NCBI RefSeq assembly: GCF_048593235.1
Contig: NC_133622.1
Span: 236,933,198-236,997,197 of the forward strand
DNA from: Sminthopsis crassicaudata
Lineage: Eukaryota
Length of the DNA stretch: 64,000 bases
Direction of reading: 5' to 3'
Shown: in pieces, positions 61,307 to 64,000 of the stretch
Layout of the letters: each line of letters begins with the position of its first letter
How positions within the stretch are numbered: position 1 is the first letter of the stretch
Notes under the pieces: model-generated
The model's database searches: none
Seen by the model: the letters and a program-made list of their open reading frames with translations, nothing else
What the model was told of the DNA's origin: nothing
Translations under genes and position numbers: made by a program

Positions 61307-64000
61307 TATAATGGTTACATTAGAATGCATATCCTCTTGGTTCCTAAAGGAAGAAGAAATAGAGGCAGATAATTGGAAACTCGTAGGAGATCAACTATGT
61401 GAATACTACAATGATAAAGGCCCTGATTCAATTTCTAAGGAACCACTCTATATGTACAACATAATACAATTGGCCTTAAAGAATCCCACAAGTTCCAGAA
61501 AAAAGAAAAGTTTTAAGAACAGCCAGATGAGGAAGTGTGAGGAAAAAGAGGAAGCCAAAGGAGAGATTAATGGCAATGTCACCAGAGGGCATGAGGACTT
61601 AAGTGAACTTGAAGGGCATGGTGATTCTTATTCTCACAGCCCAGCTTCAACTCTACCTACACCAGAGCAGCTCCTTGAGCCTCCCCCATCAACATCACCT
61701 TCCTGAGTGGAGGGAGGAGGAGGAGTGGGAAGGGCAGTGATATCATTAATACCTACCCCACCCCAGCAATCACCCCCTCCTATGACTAGCTTGCAAAAGG
61801 CACAACTTAAAGCCATAGAAGAAGGGCAGAGCACAGCTGATATGAGAATAGAAATGTATCCTGTGATTCAACAGCTTAACTCTTCAGGTCAAGAAAGTAG
61901 AAGATACAATCCTTTTGATTTAGAAATCATCAATGACCTGAAAAAGGCTTGCATTCTTTATGGGGCTACATCGTCTTATGTTAAGATGTTATTACAGAAT
62001 TTGGCTTATGAAATTTTAACTCCTAGTGACTGGAAATCTATAACAAGGGTATGCTTAGAACCTGAACAAAACTTGTTGTGGCTCTCTGAATATAGTGAGC
62101 TCTGTAGGATACAAGTCCAATGAAAAAGTCAAAATGGAGTTAATGCTCAAGTCATATGTGACCAACTAACTGGTGTAGGTTAGTATGAGACATTTCAGTA
62201 CACATTAATTATCCTATAGCAGCATATGAGCAAATTGCTGCTATCAAAGCATGGGGTTTTATCCCAGGTCAACAGGACAAAGGAGAGGCCTTCATGAAAC
62301 TAGCACAAGGGCCAAATGAACCCTTTGCTGATTTTGTGGGATGTTTACAGACAGCGTTCATGCAAACTATTGGTGAAAATGTAGCAACAGAAATTCTGAT
62401 AAGGCAATTTGCTAAAGAAAATGCTAATAAAGTTTGTAAAAAAATTATACTAGGACTATACAAGGATGCTCCTTTAGAGGAGATCATAAGATGCTGTGCC
62501 ACAGTGGGCAAAGATACCTTTTATAGACAGCCTATGATGCAGACTTCTCAAGCTCTGAACATGGAAATACAGGGTCCCTTTCTGCAAGGGATTTCCAGAG
62601 AGACTCGTCAATGCTTTCAATGTGGCAAAGTAGGGCACCTGAAAACTCAATGTTGGTATAGAAACAGAGTTAGAAAACAGGGTGGGAGAACAAGACCCAA
62701 TACCCCATGACCAAAATGCAACAGAGGTTTTCATTGGGCATCAGAAAGTAGACTGATTCAGGGAAATGGGATGAGGGGCCCAGCCCCACGGCCCAAAATA
62801 AAAAAAAATTGGGGAATGATGGCAGCCAATGCTATACCCAAAGCTTTTAGAAGTTCAATACCCAGAAATGACCAATCAGGCAGGAGGCAATCTGATGGGA
62901 GAAAAGGATTACAATTAGGGGGAATAGAATTGTATACAGCTGGGACAACTGAGATAACCCTTGGGGAGGTGAAATCTGTTCCTCTCCAGCCTATGGATCC
63001 CTTGCCTCTAGGCCCAGTAGGCTTGACCATTTCACCTCCTGATAGTACTTACAAAACAGTGTTCATCCATACACTGATGTGTAGGAGAAATAGTAGCATC
63101 AGGTTTACAGATAGACTCCTAATAGGCAATCTGGTTATAGTTGGCCAGATTCTGACTCCAGCAAAATCCATGAATATACTAGACAGCAGCTGTGACAGCT
63201 GACTGTCCTATGGTCACTAACTATATAAATGGCATACCATTAGAAGGATTGGTAGGCACAGGTGCAGATCATACAGTCATTAGAGGTGTCAACTGGCCCA
63301 GTCACTGGCCAAAGATTAAAGCAGACATCTTTATGTCTGATGTAGGAGGAACAATAGCAGCTGAAGTTAGTGCTCTCCTTTAAGATGGACATTTGAAGTC
63401 GAAACAGGGGTTTTACTCCTTTTATAGTTGAAAAAATCCCCATCAATCTGTTGGGGAAGAGACATTTTACAACAATTAGGATTATAAATGAGTACTTCCA
63501 TTTTTTAGTTAGGGCAATTGTTGAAGGCCTGCCAACACCAATCATCCAATGGAAAACTGATACACCAGTGTGGATAGAACAGTGGCCCTTAGCTAGCAAT
63601 AAAATTCAGGCCTTATTAGATAAAGTGCAAGAGCAACTTGACCAAGGACACTTACAACTTTCTCTAAGTCCTTGGAATTACCCTGTATTTGTTGTCAGAA
63701 AGAAACTGGAAAATGGAGGATGTTGACTGATTTAAGAAAGGTAAATGAACAGATGGAAACTATGTGAACTCTTTAGCCTGGACTTCCATCTCCTACTCAA
63801 TTGCTCAGAGAATGGCCTCTTTGGGTTATTAAGGATTGTTTCTATTCTATTCCTCTAGATAAGGAGGATATGAAAAGATTTGCCTTTTCAGGGCCCAGCA
63901 TTAACTTAGCTGAGTCTTATAAAAGATATGAATGGACAGTTTTGCTACAGGGAATGAAAAACAGCTCTACTATGTGCCAAATGTATGTTGCTGCTACTCT
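61306..64000 (+). mobile_element. Class II ERV provirus, copy C (gag ~61311-62860, pro ~62910-63490, pol from ~63505; truncated by window end)
   Basis: Same L1/gag junction; CA-NC better preserved (CFQCGKVGHLKTQC intact). Confidence 0.95.

Larger units (their letters stand above)
58691..64000. repeat. Tandem segmental duplication unit C (partial, runs off window)
   Basis: 58691-61270 nearly identical to 29308-31880, then ERV gag-pro-pol as in A and B. Confidence 0.97.

Overview
Eukaryotic, AT-rich marsupial genomic DNA (L1 3' ends, a Mar1-like SINE and the ERV type suggest an Australidelphian, probably dasyurid, host; this is recall-based). The window is a vomeronasal type-1 receptor (V1R) cluster built as a tandem array of a ~29.3 kb unit: A 1-29307, B 29308-58690, and partial C 58691-64000. 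Each full unit holds an L1-ORF1 stub fused to a 5'-deleted betaretrovirus-like provirus (gag-pro-pol, mini env remnant, nested solo LTR, 3' LTR; + strand) and three minus-strand V1R loci: intact V1R-A (306 aa), pseudogene V1R-B and intact V1R-C (309 aa). It also holds L1 fragments (two with clear TSDs), CORE-SINEs and microsatellites. Main observations: (1) all six V1R sequences lack both cysteines of the TM3-ECL2 disulfide typical of V1Rs; (2) each intact gene has a predicted 4-exon structure and a distal promoter block far more similar between paralogues than the coding regions, and the pseudogene is the copy that lost it; (3) the units are mosaics whose switch points map inside the ERV; (4) the receptor C-terminus and stop codon appear to derive from an old L1; (5) the class II provirus carries a class I-type env immunosuppressive motif as a short open ORF. 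Percent identities are by-eye estimates. A false duplication in the assembly (haplotypes placed in tandem) cannot be excluded from sequence alone.
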